64,000 bases of DNA from assembly GCF_963921235.1 (NCBI RefSeq), contig NC_086097.1, forward strand, positions 133,054,001-133,118,000, written 5' to 3'. The position numbers and the translations under genes are program-made. Source of the stretch: Mobula hypostoma (lineage: Eukaryota). Below are positions 38,490 through 50,000 of the stretch, piece after piece. Below the pieces are notes generated by a model. That model worked only from the letters and a program-made list of their open reading frames with translations, made no database searches and was not told the DNA's origin. Numbering within the stretch: the first letter of the stretch is position 1; every line of letters begins with the position of its first letter.

Positions 38490-38765
38490 TTACTTTATTG
38501 AGAGACATAGAATGGAACTGGCCCTTCCAGTCCAACAAGCCATGCTGCCTAGCAACCCACCTATTTAACACTGTCCTAACCATAGGACAATTTACAATGA
38601 GCAATTACCTCTTTGGACTGTGGGAGGAAACCTGGGCATCCAAAGAAAACCCATGTGGTCACGGGCAGAAAGGACAAAATCCTAAAAGATGGCACCAGAA
38701 TTGAACTCCGAACTCTGATGCCCCAAGCTGGAAAAGGTGCCGCGCTAACCTCTGCGCTACGATGG
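38490..38765 (-). mobile_element. tRNA-derived SINE (HE1-like)
   Basis: Minus head gtagcgcagaggttagcgcg..ggagttcaattct; body tttggactgtgggaggaaac shared with about 49390-50075, 53100-53330, 55550-55830 and 63540-63775. Confidence 0.7.
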
Positions 38766-39125
38766 TGCATCTCTTGACCCTCCTGCCAATGGGAAGAGGT
38801 GGTAAAGGATGGAGTGAGTGCATAGCTTAGGAATGGAGTTTGTGACAGGGACTGTGGACAATTACAGCAGATTTTCCATGATTCAGTTGAAAACATTTCA
38901 TTTCACTCAACATGGATACTGGACAAACAGCTTGTCAAATAGAAAATGGCGGAGGTGTGTGAAGGTGTTGGTGAGGTAGAATGCAGATAACGAGCTGAAC
39001 AGGCCAGTTTCACCACTGTATGACTGTGTGACATACGAGCAAGTTGAAAGTTATCCTAAATTCTGGGAGAAGAATGTAAACCTGGAATAGGAGGGGCCCA
39101 AGGAAATGTCCCTGAGAGAAGGCAG

Positions 39126-42100
39126 TGATGTGAAATGTATAGGAGGCTTGAGCTAAATGCAGAGCAGCGGAGGTGATTTAGCAGAGAGCGAACACTTTAA
39201 TAATAAATTGCAAAATAACAAGCCATGAGAGGCCACAAAACAAGAGAGATAATTAACATGACAAGGCAACAAGGTGACTACAGTCTAGTAGCCACTGGTT
39301 GAGGCTGTCTGGTTTGATGGGTGAACAAGGACTGTGGGTGTGATCTGGGTTTAAATAGGCTGCAGGTGATGAGTTGGAAATGAGTGGCAGGTGATTCCTG
39401 TCAGCTGGGTGGAGACTGGAAGGTGCCTGCCTGTGCAGGCCTGACAGGACACCAGCCCCCCTGCAGCCGGCATCTGAAGGCCCAGGATAATCCAGACAGG
39501 TCTGGTAGAACTCCTTGTTGAGCAATAGATCCAAGATGGCACCCAAGAACTCTCCTCCAGGCCATTTCCTTCCCAGTCAACCAGATAATGCACACACCAT
39601 CCATAATGATAAGAATCCCTAGTAGGTGTGGACCTGACAGTCAGCGGCAGCAGACAGTAACTGACTAGATTGATGCAATGTTGAAGGGACCGATGAACTG
39701 TGGTGGGAAACTCAGGAGTCCTTGCACAGGAACAGATGTCAGGTAGACAGCCAGACACAGTCTCCAGGCCATAGTAGACTGGCTGTGTTATTGACTGCTA
39801 GGATGGTCCTCTCCTTGCCTTCCAAGCATTCTAGCATTGACAAACCAGGGCCCTGGATCTCAACTGTCGGTTTGCTCTGTGGGGAACAATGGGAGTTGGT
39901 AGCCATGAAGCACTTCAAAGGGTGACATACCTGTCAGAGGAGTTGTGTAGATTATGGGATAGCTCGGCCAGGAACAGATAGTTCAGTCTCACTTTCAATC
40001 TTTTTTTATTGATTTAAAAGAATAAGGATAAATACAAACCAGAGGAGAGGTCATCTCAAATACATATTTCTATAATAGTACAAACAAAGAAAGGAATATA
40101 CACTGTCAAAATTATGTATAGTATTAAGCTAATATAAAGAAAGAAAAGAACCACTTCTCCTCTTAACAGTTCTTAGAAAAAAAGACTCAAGAGATAGTTC
40201 TTCCACGTGGATTGATTAGAGGTGACAAAGCATTGCAGAAATGTCTCCATTTCCTCATTGGCTCTTTCTGTCTGACCGTTATTCTATGGATGGTAGCCAG
40301 AAGATAAACTCACTGAGGTGCTGAGCAGGGAGCAGAAGGCTTGTCAGAGGCGGGAGACAAATTCTGAGTCCCGGCCCAGCACATTTTCCTGAGGGAAACC
40401 GTGGAGGACTGCGTTCGCCTCTCAGCAGCTGATGGAATTTTGGGTGGACTATGAAGTACGCCACCTAGGAGAACTGGTCCATACTGTCATGATCACTGAG
40501 GCCCCATCAGAAGGAGGAAAACCCATGATGAAATCTATGGAGATATGGTATCACAGGCATCGAGGGCCCAGTAGGGACTGCAAGAGAACAGAGGGTTGCT
40601 GGTTGGAGGAATTAGACTGGGTGCATTTTGGGCAGGTAACAATGAACTGATGTACATCTGTAGGCCACCAGAAATGATGCTGCAGAAAATGCAGGGTCTG
40701 TCGTGCACCTGTATGGCCAGAGACAGGCGATGAATGGGCCCACTAGAATGCCTAAAGGCACACGGCCGATGGCACATACGTGTGGTTGTCATGTATGTCA
40801 GCCGAGCAGGCTCATGCTGTAGGGACTGCCTGATCTGCTTTTCAAGGTCCCAGATGACCGGGGTGAGGATCTGCGAGGATGGGATGATGAGCCGAGGGCC
40901 GACCTCTAATTCAGCTGGGTCGAACTATCGTGACAGGTTGTTCTTGGAGCTGGGTCAGTTGGAGATGGTAAAGGTGAATTGATTGAGGAGGAGATCCTAG
41001 TGAGCCTGAAGTGGGTTGAGTTAATCTGCTGAATGGATATGGGGGCCTGGTGATCAGTCCAGATCAGAGAGGGTGGACTCCTGGTGCTCCCCGATGCTGC
41101 AACTTTATGTCCCAGAGCATCTTACGCTTTGAGCTCCAGCCATCTCTATATACCATGGACCAAGACAAGATTGCCTTCATCATCTGTCTCTTGGCTGGGC
41201 AACCTCTGACATGGGCTACTGCTAAATGGGATAATAAACCCAGCACTTGCAATAAATCTGAGGAATTCACCGCTGAGATGCACTCCGTTTTCAACCATCC
41301 AGGAAGTTGAAGGGAGGCAGGAAACCAGATAGTTCGCCTGCGTCAAGGCTCACGCTCGGTGCTGGATCACACCAAGGAATTCAGGACCCTCGCAATGGAG
41401 TGTGGCATTGCTGCTGGCCCATTAGCATCACAGCCTCTCCAAGCGCTTGAAAGACAAGCTGTCTACTCTCATCGGCAAAGCCACCAGAATCCATGCTGTT
41501 AGGAAGAGCTCCCTTAACCCAACCTCATCCCAATCTGAGAGCACGAGGATCATTGGAGAAACTATTTGTGCACTTGCTGTGGGGCAGCCAGTCACACATG
41601 CAACAAATGACCACCACATCCAGGAAAACAGCTCCTATGTCTCTTACTTTCTGCTCCTGTCTCTTACACTCTTATCAAAAGTTATGGCAAGAAGGCAGGT
41701 GTATGGGGTTGAGTGGGATGCAGGATCAGCCAGGATGGAATGGCGGAGCAGACTCAATGGGCTGAATAACCTAATTCTGCTCCTATATCTTATGGTCTAA
41801 CAGCATCACCAGGTATAGATAAGGGGCCTTCTATCTGGCACATTCCTCGACAGTCCCTCATCCCAGCACCATAGCCTGACTCACTCTCTCTGACTTCCTC
41901 CACACCCCGATGGATCTACACACACAAGAGGGTCTGGTGGATTCCAGCACAGCAGACAACTTTCTGGACCAAACGCTGTACATGCAGCTTGTATTCCCTA
42001 CCAAGCCCATCACTTCCCCCTTCTGCATCAGGGCTAAAAGAAACCTGTCAGGAAACGTAGAGGAGTCTTGACCCAAGTGCAGAGCAGCAGACATGATTTA

Positions 42101-42339
42101 GTGGTGAGTGAACACTTTAATAATAAATTGCAAATAACAAGCCATAAAACAAGAGAGAACAGATACTTAACATGCCAAGGCAATTAAAAGTTAGGAGCGA
42201 CTGGTTGAGGCTGGGTGAACAATGACTGTGGTTGAGAACAGGGTTTAAATAGGCACAGGTGATGAGTTGGAAATGAGTGGCAGGTGACTCCTGTTAGCTG
42301 GGTGGAGACTGGGAGGTGCCTGTCTGTGCAGGTCTAATA
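39126..42339 (-). mobile_element. Degenerate, rearranged chromoviral Ty3/gypsy LTR retrotransposon
   Basis: Direct LTRs 39126-39446 and 42046-42339; minus-strand TATTTAAA and ATTAAA; G-rich PPT next to 39446; chromodomain YLVDWEGNGLEESSWVP (minus, about 39540-39590); gag and protease remnants on plus. Confidence 0.85.
41050..41990 (+). pseudogene. Ty3/gypsy gag (PEG10/RTL1-like) and protease remnants
   Basis: FELQPSLY..KIAFIICLLAGQPLTWATAKW..FTAEMHSVFNHP, then RLRQGSRSV..EFRTLA, and LVDSSTADNFLD at about 41934; a CR1 3' tail sits at about 41677-41800. Confidence 0.8.
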
Positions 42340-43292
42340 ACCATATGTAATTGCCCAAGTGTGATGTGTCCCTAATATAGTTCCAACATAGGGTTTATCC
42401 TGATAACCAGGCCACTGTAGATGCTAACTAACCTTCTATGTATTTATAACATGTTCTGATTTTATTCAAATATAGATAAATATACTCAAAAGAAGATAGT
42501 TGCGATTAATCTGAATGTGTGTTTCAGAACCAAAATCAATAATTGAGAATTATAATTCTGGATCTTACTACAAATTAAAAGTGAATTGAAGATAAATCAA
42601 GGTCAATATAGTGTGAACTAGAGGAGTACACAGTTGCTGAAACATTTTGTCTGCTCTGTAGTATGTCTTAGATGCCCTGAGGATGGGAAAGTCAATGTAT
42701 AAATGCAAGTCCTTATTTTAAGTCTTGAAGCACAATGTGTGATTGAAAGGTGAAAGGATAGAGCTTGTACAATAATGAATGCAGAAAAATGCTCAGAATA
42801 GTTAGCAGGCCCACATATAGACAATGAGGGTCATAGACAGGACACAGTTTATTCTCCAGGGCTGGGGAATCAACAATTAAAGGGCTAATGTTTAAGGTGT
42901 GAGAGGAGAGGTTGAACAGGAACCTAAAGGGCACCCATTTCACCCAGGGTAGTCTGTATGTGGAATGAATTACCAAAGAAAATTGTTGCGGCAGGGAAAT
43001 TTACACGATATTTGGACAGGTGCATGGACAGCAAAGGTTTAGGGGGATATGGACCAAATGTGGGCAAATGGGACGAGTGTGAATGGGTATCTGTCAGCTT
43101 GGACCAGTTGTGCCAAGGTCATGTTCCTATGCTGCACGATTCTATGGCTGTAATTCTGGATGGAGACACAGCTGATGTTTCAAGTCCAAGATCCTCCCTC
43201 AGAACTGAAGATGAAAAGGGAAAGAGAAACCACTGAGGGTTAGTAGGGGCAAGCTGAAAAGAAGAGGAGGTAGTGAATTCATTAGCACATAG

Positions 43293-43510
43293 AGAACCAC
43301 AGATGCTGCAAATCTGATACAGGAATCTGAAAATGCTGGGAAGACTCAATAGGTCAGATAGCACATGCAGAAAGAGAAACAGAGTTAATGTTTCGGATAA
43401 GATATCTTCAACCTGAAATGTTAACTCTCTCTCACTATACAGATGCTGCCTGACCTGCTGAGTGTTTTGAGCATTTTCAGTTTCGATTTCAGATTTGCAG
43501 AATCTGCATT
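43293..43510. mobile_element. Palindromic Penelope-terminus-derived mini-element
   Basis: About 105-bp arms: cagatgctgcaaatctga..aggtcag..agagttaatgtttc versus gaaatgttaactct..ctgacct..tcagatttgcagaatctg. Confidence 0.75.
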
Positions 43511-44589
43511 TTTGGTTACTTTCATTGAAGTTGTACAATACCGTTTGAAGCTCTGTATTTTGCACTTTGGAAAGGGTACATTACCTTACATTGGGGGGCG
43601 TGCTGCAACCTTAGCACAAGGATATCAGGATTGAAAGGCTTAAATTATGAAGACCTTTTTTTCCTCCCCTTTTGGTGTGCTTGAATAAGGGGAATATTAT
43701 ATTACGTCTGTTCCTGGGTAATGAACAGGTTTCATTTATACAAACATCTCTAAGTTGTTGTTGTCCGCAAGTCAGAAAGTACACAAAGATCACTCGCTAT
43801 GGTAACCATGCCTTCACATTATTGTAATGAGTGGCATCAAAGGCACATGGGAGAGTTAAGGAAGAAGAATTACTAAGAGTGGGAAGAAAGGGGTGAGGGA
43901 ACTAGTTTTGCCACTCATAGGAACACATGCATATACGTATGCAAGTCAGAATTTTGAATTTAATTGAACTTCATAACCCTGAAATGGCCTGTAGGATTTG
44001 CCAAAGCAAAATTACCTCATCTGCCCTGGGGCTTCGAAGAAAGACAAATGTAAGTGAGCTTCTTTGAGAACTATCATACACTAGAGGGGCCAAATAGCCT
44101 TTTTTTGTATATCTGAAATACAGATGAAATTAGAGGTAGTCCATTCAGGGGATTCAGGATGAGGAAGTGTTTCCCTACACAAAGGAAAGTAAAAATCTTT
44201 TAATTACCAACATATTTTCTCCCACTTTATCACATTCTGCGAGTGTCTTCTGAAATACAAACAACACCCTTTTAAGTGAATTGTAAAGAAGATTCTATAC
44301 CATGTCCGGTCCAAGAATACATTCCAAAACAGAAATAATAAACCATCATACCCTATACATTGCAAGTTGTAGGGTACCGTATAGCTATATTCCCTGACTT
44401 TAAAAAAATTGTGTTTCTATACACTTTTCAGATCCCTTTCAAGACGTCCACGAGTGCTTTACAGCAATGAGCGATCTTCAAATCGTACTCAACTGATGAA
44501 CAAGTAATGAACAGCAAACTCCCACAAACAGCAATGTAACGATGACAAGATTATTCTGTTTAGAAAATGCTTTGCTCTCCTGATGAGCG

Positions 44590-45500
44590 GGCCACTAGGA
44601 AATGGATGGGTGTCCCAGGAGCCTTTTAAAAGTTGATTATTATATTTATGCTTTGGACTCAGCCGCGCACTCCGAATCAGTCCAGGTTGCTCCTGGTTGA
44701 TTTCAGCTGCTGATTGGCTGCAGTTCACTGGTAGTCCATCCCCACCCAGGCTTGTACCTTGACGGGGGAGAGAGAAAGCAGGAAGCAGCAGGCAGCGCGG
44801 CATTAGAGACATAAGCGAGTGAATGGAGTCAGTTAGGCGCTTCAGCTCTCTACTATCAAAGGCACTCACGCTTAGCTGACGGGGAAAGGGAGTGTTTAAT
44901 GCATCGGTCCAATCCTGAACCCGGGAAGAGTGCGGTATGTGTAAAGGCATGGTGAGCCTTATTAATCAGGGTGGGTGTGGGATTTATCCTTGGGGAGCTG
45001 GTTTTGTTTTCAGTGGCTGTCTGAGTGTATTAAATGCATATAATGCGTGTTTTGTAACAGCGGGGTATTGTGCAATATACTACGCATGCAACCACTTACA
45101 CACTCAATTCTAAGTGCCCCACAGTCTCGGCTGCACGGAACAATGGTCCTCTAGCGTGGCCCCTATTGCACGCCCCTTTTCTACCAATGTCATTGTCAAC
45201 CAGTGTATGTGTGTGTCTTTTCGCGTTAGTGTTCTGAACGGCCAGTTTCCGGTTGATGATATGGCGGCTCCTGTTTGTTTTATCGGTCGCCTTCTCCGCC
45301 CCGTGTTCTTTCGCCGCCTTCCTTCCTCCCTCCAAACTAACCTGTCTACCTGCTCGCCGCCCTTGCCCCACCGCCCTCCAGTGGAAGTGGCTGCTTTACG
45401 TTCGCTGTTTGTCCCTCTCCCACAATTGGGACGGGATGGAAGAGGACCGCTCGGCCCTTCTTTCAATGGGCGGTACAATCATAACCCCCCCCCCCACGCT
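44590..45500. promoter_or_regulatory. CpG-rich promoter-like region, possibly bidirectional
   Basis: Repeat-free and CpG-dense against a CpG-poor background; ATTGG 44713, CCAAT 44909, ETS-type TTCCGG 45247, YY1-like ATGGCGGC 45261. Confidence 0.7.
45261..45472 (+). CDS. Candidate first coding exon, unnamed protein with mitochondrial-presequence-like N-terminus
   Basis: gatATGG context; MAAPVCFIGRLLRPVFFRRLPSSLQTNLST with 5 Arg and no acidic residue in the first 41 aa; weak donor CG|GTACAA in phase 2. Confidence 0.5.
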
Positions 45501-47104
45501 TTTGCACTTTAGTCTTTGGTGTTGTTAATTCGTTTGTTATTGTTGCATGTACTGAGAAACGGTGGAAAGCTTTTGTTTGTATGCCGTCCAAAACATTCTG
45601 TACATGAGTGCACCGAGGCGGTAAAATCAATAAGGGAGTGCAGAGTTACAGGTAACAGCGCAAGGGCCATGAAGTTAATTTGAAGATTAAGAGTTTGTCT
45701 TTAGTGGACGAGAGATCTGTGGAATGGGAACTGTACAGTAATTGAGCCTGGGAGCATACGTTCTCGGCCTTTTGTACCTTTGCTTTTGACGGGGGAGAGA
45801 GAGAGTGACTGGGGTAGGAGAGGCCATTGATTATGTTAGCTGCTTTTCTGAGACGTTGGAGCGTTTTGTAGTGTTTCCACCTTTTGGACAGTTGCTGTTC
45901 GATTTGACGTCCTCCTGAGCTTTTCCTTCTGTCCCGTCACTCTGACGCATCTTTTTGCCTATCTCTGCTCGCTTGTAGGAATTTTATGGCGGACTTGTAT
46001 CGCAAGTAATAAGCTTTTTCCATGGGGTATGTCAGTGAGTTATGACTGAGGGTGGGACTGAATTCCAAGTGTCGAGCTATTTCCTCATTTGTATTTTGTC
46101 AGTGTGATGTTTCTTGGGGGTTATTTTGGGGAGGGGTGAAGCCACTGGCAGGTCCTCTTTGACCCTCACCGATTTTCTATCAGTGCACCATAGACAGCAT
46201 CCTAGCCAGATGTATCAGGGCTTGGTATGGTAACTGCTTTGCCGGAGACCGCAAGAAACTACGGACAGCTGTCCAAGTACCTTTGCATTGGAAAGCTGAT
46301 ATCATTGAAACCGGCCTTCCTCCCCTCCCCTCCCCACCCCACCCCACCCCACCCCACCGACTCTGTCGACACTTCCTGCTGAGTAAAACAGCCAACATGA
46401 TCACAGACTCCACCCAACCTGAACACTTTTATCTTTCCCTCCTCCGATCAGGCAGAAGATTCAAAAAGTTTTAAAGCATGTACCACCAGGCTTCTGTCCT
46501 GCTGTTAAGACTATTGAATGGTTTCCTAATACAATAAAATGGACTCTTGTCCTTACAATCTACCTTGCACCCCATTGACGTCTGCACTGCATTTTCTCTG
46601 TAACTGTAACACTCTATTCTGCATTCTGTTACTGTTTTAACATAGAATAATACAGCACAGTACAGGCCCTTTGGCCCACAATGTTGTGCTGACCCTTAAA
46701 CCCTGCCTCTCATATAACCCCCCACGTAACCCCCACCTTAAATTCCTCCATATACCTGTCTAGTAGTCTCTTAAATTTCACTAGTGTATCTGCCTCCACC
46801 ACTGACTCAGGCAGTGCATTCCATGCACCAACCATGCTCTGAGTTTAAAAAAAACCCTCCTCAAATATCCCCCTTGAACTTCCCACCCCTTACCTTAAAG
46901 CCATGTCCTCTTGTATTGAGCAGTGGTGCCCTGGGGAAGAGGCGCTGGCTATCCACTCTATCCATTTCCCTTGTGCTACTTCAATGCACTAATATGATGA
47001 AATCTGTATGGATGGCATGCAAAAGTTTTTCACTATACCTCTGTCCATTTGATAATAGTAAACCAATTTACCATTTTCAGAGGCAACATGTTAGTGTAGT
47101 GGTT

Positions 47105-47377
47105 TGTGTGTGTGCATACGCCCTTAACTCCTAGTGGAGTTGTTGGGGCGCCATCATGACAAGTTTTTTGCACTGATCTTTTTGGTATGCTCATCATAAG
47201 GCGTGTCTTGGGCATCTGAAACCTGGCGGAGCCCATTCTCTCCAGATTTTTTTTTTATGAGGTCGAGCTGTTAGCTCGACACTCAACCCAGGCACGGATG
47301 GAAAGCGTGCAAGGGAGCCAGCCGGATTCGAACTCGGAACCGAAGTCCAGCGCTGATGCCACTATGCCACCAGCTGA
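47105..47377 (-). mobile_element. tRNA-derived SINE with RTE-like body and tail, inserted in another SINE
   Basis: Minus A box TGGCATAGTGG, B box GAGTTCGAATCC; hairpin gtcgagct-gtt-agctcgac 47262-47280; host SINE about 47081-47650 on plus. Confidence 0.75.
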
Positions 47378-49230
47378 TTAGTCCAGTTGCTTTACAATGC
47401 CAGTGGTCGGTGTTCTTTAAGGAGTTTGTGTGTTCTCCCAGTGACTGTATAGGTTTCTTTCGGGTGCTCTGGTTACCTCCCACACTCCGCAGATGTTTAC
47501 TTGGGTTTAGCGGGCATGCTGTGTTGGCATCAGAAGTGTGGCAACTCTTGCGGGCTGCTCTCAGCGCAATCCTTGGAATGTGTTGGCCATCGAGGTAAAA
47601 CAGTGCATTTCACTATTTTGATATATGAGCGACAAACAAAGCTTTTAATCTTTTAAGATCTGTGGTACTCAGCACACCTCTGGCAACAGGGATTCCGACA
47701 GCTGTATTGATTGAATGTATGCCAAAAAGGACTAACTCAGGTATGGATGAATTGGGCTGGAGAGCCTGTTTCCATTCCATACTGTGTAACTCTGTCATAG
47801 TTTGTTGTTCAGTGGTTACAAGAAGCAGAGGATTTGCTGCTATGTATTTGTGATCCTAACTGTTGTTCTTGCCTGGTAAATGCTGAGGCTATTTCACGTC
47901 ACCATCATGGAGATACTAGTGGGGTGTTGTGGCATCTCCTTCCCCAATGGCCTTCCACTTTCTGCTCTTGGAGTTAAAGCAAAGACTTGAAAAGGGACCT
48001 GAAGGATGGCAACTTCACAAAGAGGGTGGTGGGTATGTGGAATCCAGCGCCAGAGGAAGTGGTGAAGGCAGGTACAAGAAGATTTAAAGGGTATGAGGCA
48101 GGTGCATGGATAGGAAAGATTTAAAGAGATGGGGCTGGCTTGGAAGGGCATCTTGGTTGCAATGGACCAGTTGACCAAAGGACCCATGCTTTATTACAGT
48201 GACTGAGGAGTGAGCCCCACCCACTCAGATTTGGATAGGGCTGTTGTTGAAGGTGAAACATCTGGCCCACATGGTGAGTGTAGTTGCAGTCCAGGGGAAG
48301 GATGGACTAGGTTCTGCAGTGAACACATTCTCTAACCTTCCTTCATTCCTGTCTGTCCTGCATTCTCATACAGGCATGAAGACAGGTAATGATCCAACCC
48401 TCGTGGCCTTCCCCAGCCCCTCTCTGTGATATGCTGGTAGTCGAACCCTCTTTTCCTCTTCAGTTATGGCCTATGCTGCAACCTGGATTTGCTTCACCTG
48501 ACCAGAAGCACAGCTAATCATTGAAATTTAGCATTCAGAGTCCTGTTGTTCCCTCTGACTCTTTTTAAATGACCTTTTCCTTAAATACACATCTCAGCTT
48601 TTGGCAAGCTGCCCTAAAATCTTTTCATGTGACTGCGTGCATCAAACTTTATTCAATTGTGCAGCCTTGGCTCCTCTTGCTGCATAGAAGTGAAAATCTA
48701 CCGTTGCTGGGTATCAGACACAAATGCAGTATGCTGGAAATACTTGGATCAGGCAGCATTGCTGATTCTGGACAATGACTTGGGACTCGAGCCTCACTTA
48801 ACTTTCAAAGAAGGGGGAGCGGTGGAGTGAACAAAGGGAATGTCTGTGACAGGGTAGACACTGAGTGGCACAAATGATAACACTTGCTGAGGTAAGCTTT
48901 TAAGAGTCGGGATGTCCTGTTGAAGCTGTACAAAGCATTGGTTAGACTGCACTTGGGGTATTGTGTTCAATTCTGGTTGCCACTCTACAGGAAAACATTG
49001 GAGTGATTTGCAAAAGAGATCCAGTGAATTTTTCCCAGAATGGAGGGTTGCAAATTAAGAGGGATTGGATTGTCTGGGGTTATCCTCAGTAGAACATAGG
49101 AGGTGAAAGGTTGCCCTTATAGAGATTGGTTCTATACCCTTCAACTTTTTTTTGAGAAAAGAGGATGAGGTGTCTAGAACTGGAGGATGTAGATAACACA
49201 CAAATGCTGAAGGAATTCAAGTCGAGAGGG

Positions 49231-49266
49231 ATATGATGTTTCGGGCTGAGGCCATCATCAGGATAT
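49231..49266 (-). ncRNA. Hammerhead core motif without clear stem I
   Basis: Minus strand CTGATGA-tggcctcagccc-GAAA-catc within a short Penelope-terminus fragment (about 49195-49263). Confidence 0.5.
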
Positions 49267-49532
49267 GGGTTTAAGCCGAGGGGGGAGAAATTTTGAAGGA
49301 GATCTGATGGACAAGTTTTTAACACTAAGGATGATGAACGTGTCAAAGAAGGTGGTGTATGCTGATTCAGTTGTAACACTTATTTAGAGAACAGGACCTT
49401 GGGCCCAACGAGCCCAATTATCTCCAGATGATTGGTTTACCTATTTAACCTATATATCTTTGGAATGTGAAAGGAAACTGGAGCACACAGGAAAAGCTGG
49501 TGGACAGAGAAGAATTTACAAACTCCTTACCA

Positions 49533-50000
49533 GAAGATATAGGAGCAGAATTAGGCCATTTGGCCCATTGAGTTACCCCTGTCATTGGATCATGACTGAT
49601 CCAATTTTCTGCTCAACCGCAGTCTCCTGCCTTCTCCCCCATATCCCTTCATACCCTGACCAATCAAGAAGCTATCAACCTCTGCCTTAAGTATACATAA
49701 GACTTGGCCTCCACAGCTACCTGTGGCAGATTACCACTCTCAGGCTAAAGAAATCCATCCTCGTCTTTATTCTAAAAGGATACATCCCTATTCTGAGGCT
49801 GTGTCCTCTGGTCTAGATTCTCCCATCACAGGAAACTTCCTCTCCACATCCATGCTATCAAGGCCTTTCACAATTCGATAGGTTTCAATGAGGTCACCCC
49901 TCATTCTTCTGAATTCTAGTGAATACAGTCCCAGAGCCATCAGATGCTCTTCATGTGACAAGTCATTCTATCCTGGAGTCATTTTCATGAACCTCCTTTG
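49533..50000 (-). mobile_element. CR1 3' fragment inserted in a SINE
   Basis: agatataggagcagaattaggccatt tail and aggtcacccctcattcttctgaattc; ccttac on both flanks. Confidence 0.85.
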
